64,000 nt of DNA from an uncultured Pseudomonadales bacterium (GTDB lineage Bacteria > Pseudomonadota > Gammaproteobacteria > Pseudomonadales > Pseudohongiellaceae). Both the position numbers and the translations under genes were made by a program. Location of the stretch: NCBI GenBank assembly GCA_949372635.1, contig CASIAB010000010.1:46072-110071 (forward strand), written 5' to 3'. Positions 63,317 to 64,000 of the stretch are shown one piece after another. Within the stretch, counting starts at the first letter, position 1. Every line of letters starts with the position of its first letter. The notes below the pieces were generated by a model, which worked only from the letters and a program-made list of their open reading frames with translations, did not search any database and had not been told where the DNA came from.

Positions 63317-64000
63317 TTGATATTGCCTAATTGCATAGCAATCGACGCAATGGGCGGCGATGGAGGGGTAAGAGTTACTCTCCCAGCCGCTTTGCAAGCT
63401 CTGGAATTAAATTCCGGTCTATCAGTTACCCTCGTTGGCGATAAAAGTCAGATAGAGCACTATCTGGATCCCATCTCCGCATCGCTCGCCGATCGCATTT
63501 CCATAGACCATACAGTCGACGTCATTAGTGACGAGGACAAGCCTGCGAACGTTTTACGCAGCGGCAAGACTTCCTCGATGTATAAGGCTGTGCAATTGCT
63601 TCAGGACGGTCGCGTAGAGGCTATGGTTAGCGCCGGCAATACTGGCGCTCTTTTGATGATAGGCAGACACCTGCTGAAGACAATAAGCGGCATTCAAAAG
63701 CCTGCGATAGTAGCTAGCATTCCCAGCGTTACACGACAGTGTTTTTTGCTCGATGTGGGCGCCAACCCCATAGTTAACGCACAGCAACTGTTTGAATTTG
63801 CGGTAATGGGTTCGGTTCTCGCCGAATCACTACAGGGGGAAATCGCGAAAGTTGGACTACTAAATATCGGTTCCGAACAATTCAAGGGCACTGAAGAGGT
63901 GCGCTATGCAAGCACGCTAATGGATCGCTGTCCAGCTTTCGAATACGTCGGCTTTATCGAGGCGAACGAGTTATTCGAAGGTAGAGCAGATGTCGTCGTC
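63317..64000 (+). CDS. plsX: phosphate acyltransferase PlsX (N-terminal part; continues beyond the window)
   Basis: Open frame from TTG 63317 to the window end: (M)ILPNCIAIDAMGGDGGVRVTLPAALQAL...VSAGNTGALLMIG...LLDVGANP...GLLNIGSEQFKG...ADVVV. The exact start codon is uncertain. Confidence 0.88.
   Translation, partial: MILPNCIAIDAMGGDGGVRVTLPAALQALELNSGLSVTLVGDKSQIEHYLDPISASLADRISIDHTVDVISDEDKPANVLRSGKTSSMYKAVQLLQDGRVEAMVSAGNTGALLMIGRHLLKTISGIQKPAIVASIPSVTRQCFLLDVGANPIVNAQQLFEFAVMGSVLAESLQGEIAKVGLLNIGSEQFKGTEEVRYASTLMDRCPAFEYVGFIEANELFEGRADVVV

Overview
This window is gammaproteobacterial core chromosome, with no recognisable accessory island. Gene order resembles Pseudomonas and Cellvibrionales. 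Left to right:
- a POT peptide permease (partial), mltD, a yafS-like methyltransferase, rnhA, dnaQ, nudC, sohB and acuI/yhdH
- DUF934-cysI, metH, nfuA, a dimeric dUTPase, tRNA-Glu, yadG/yadH-like ABC-2 transporter genes, queF, tRNA-Ser and a PQQ dehydrogenase
- ffs (4.5S RNA), dnaX-ybaB-recR-rnd-ycgN, a MoxR/VWA pair, fadD, hrpA, an mlaA remnant, a TerB-like gene, dusA, gltX and tRNA-Ala
- the full TCA block (gltA divergent from sdhCDAB-sucAB-lpdA-sucCD)
- a Vibrio TonB2-type six-gene energy-transduction cluster, htpG, argS, rluC, yceD-rpmF and plsX (partial)

I found no transposase, integrase, phage gene, CRISPR array or obvious defence or secondary-metabolite locus. I cannot honestly point to a new multi-gene system here.

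The most unusual signal is that 8 of about 55 protein genes are reading-frame disrupted: mltD, metH, dnaX, rnd, the VWA gene, hrpA, mlaA and dusA. Seven carry a single lesion, and six of those need one base removed. Only two lie in homopolymers, while the A10 and A9 tracts elsewhere are in frame. mlaA is clearly decayed, with an internal deletion and several frame changes. This is either consensus error or genuine early genome erosion, and only read-level data can decide.

Second in interest, dnaX carries an exact E. coli-type A AAA AAG slippery site inside an A10 tract, with stops in both alternative frames. That predicts a gamma subunit.

Smaller observations:
- a perfect tandem 24-bp duplication upstream of sdhC
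- a sigma32-like promoter lying upstream of a strong terminator-like hairpin before htpG
- several 0.3-0.5 kb non-coding spacers
- a dimeric (all-alpha) dUTPase
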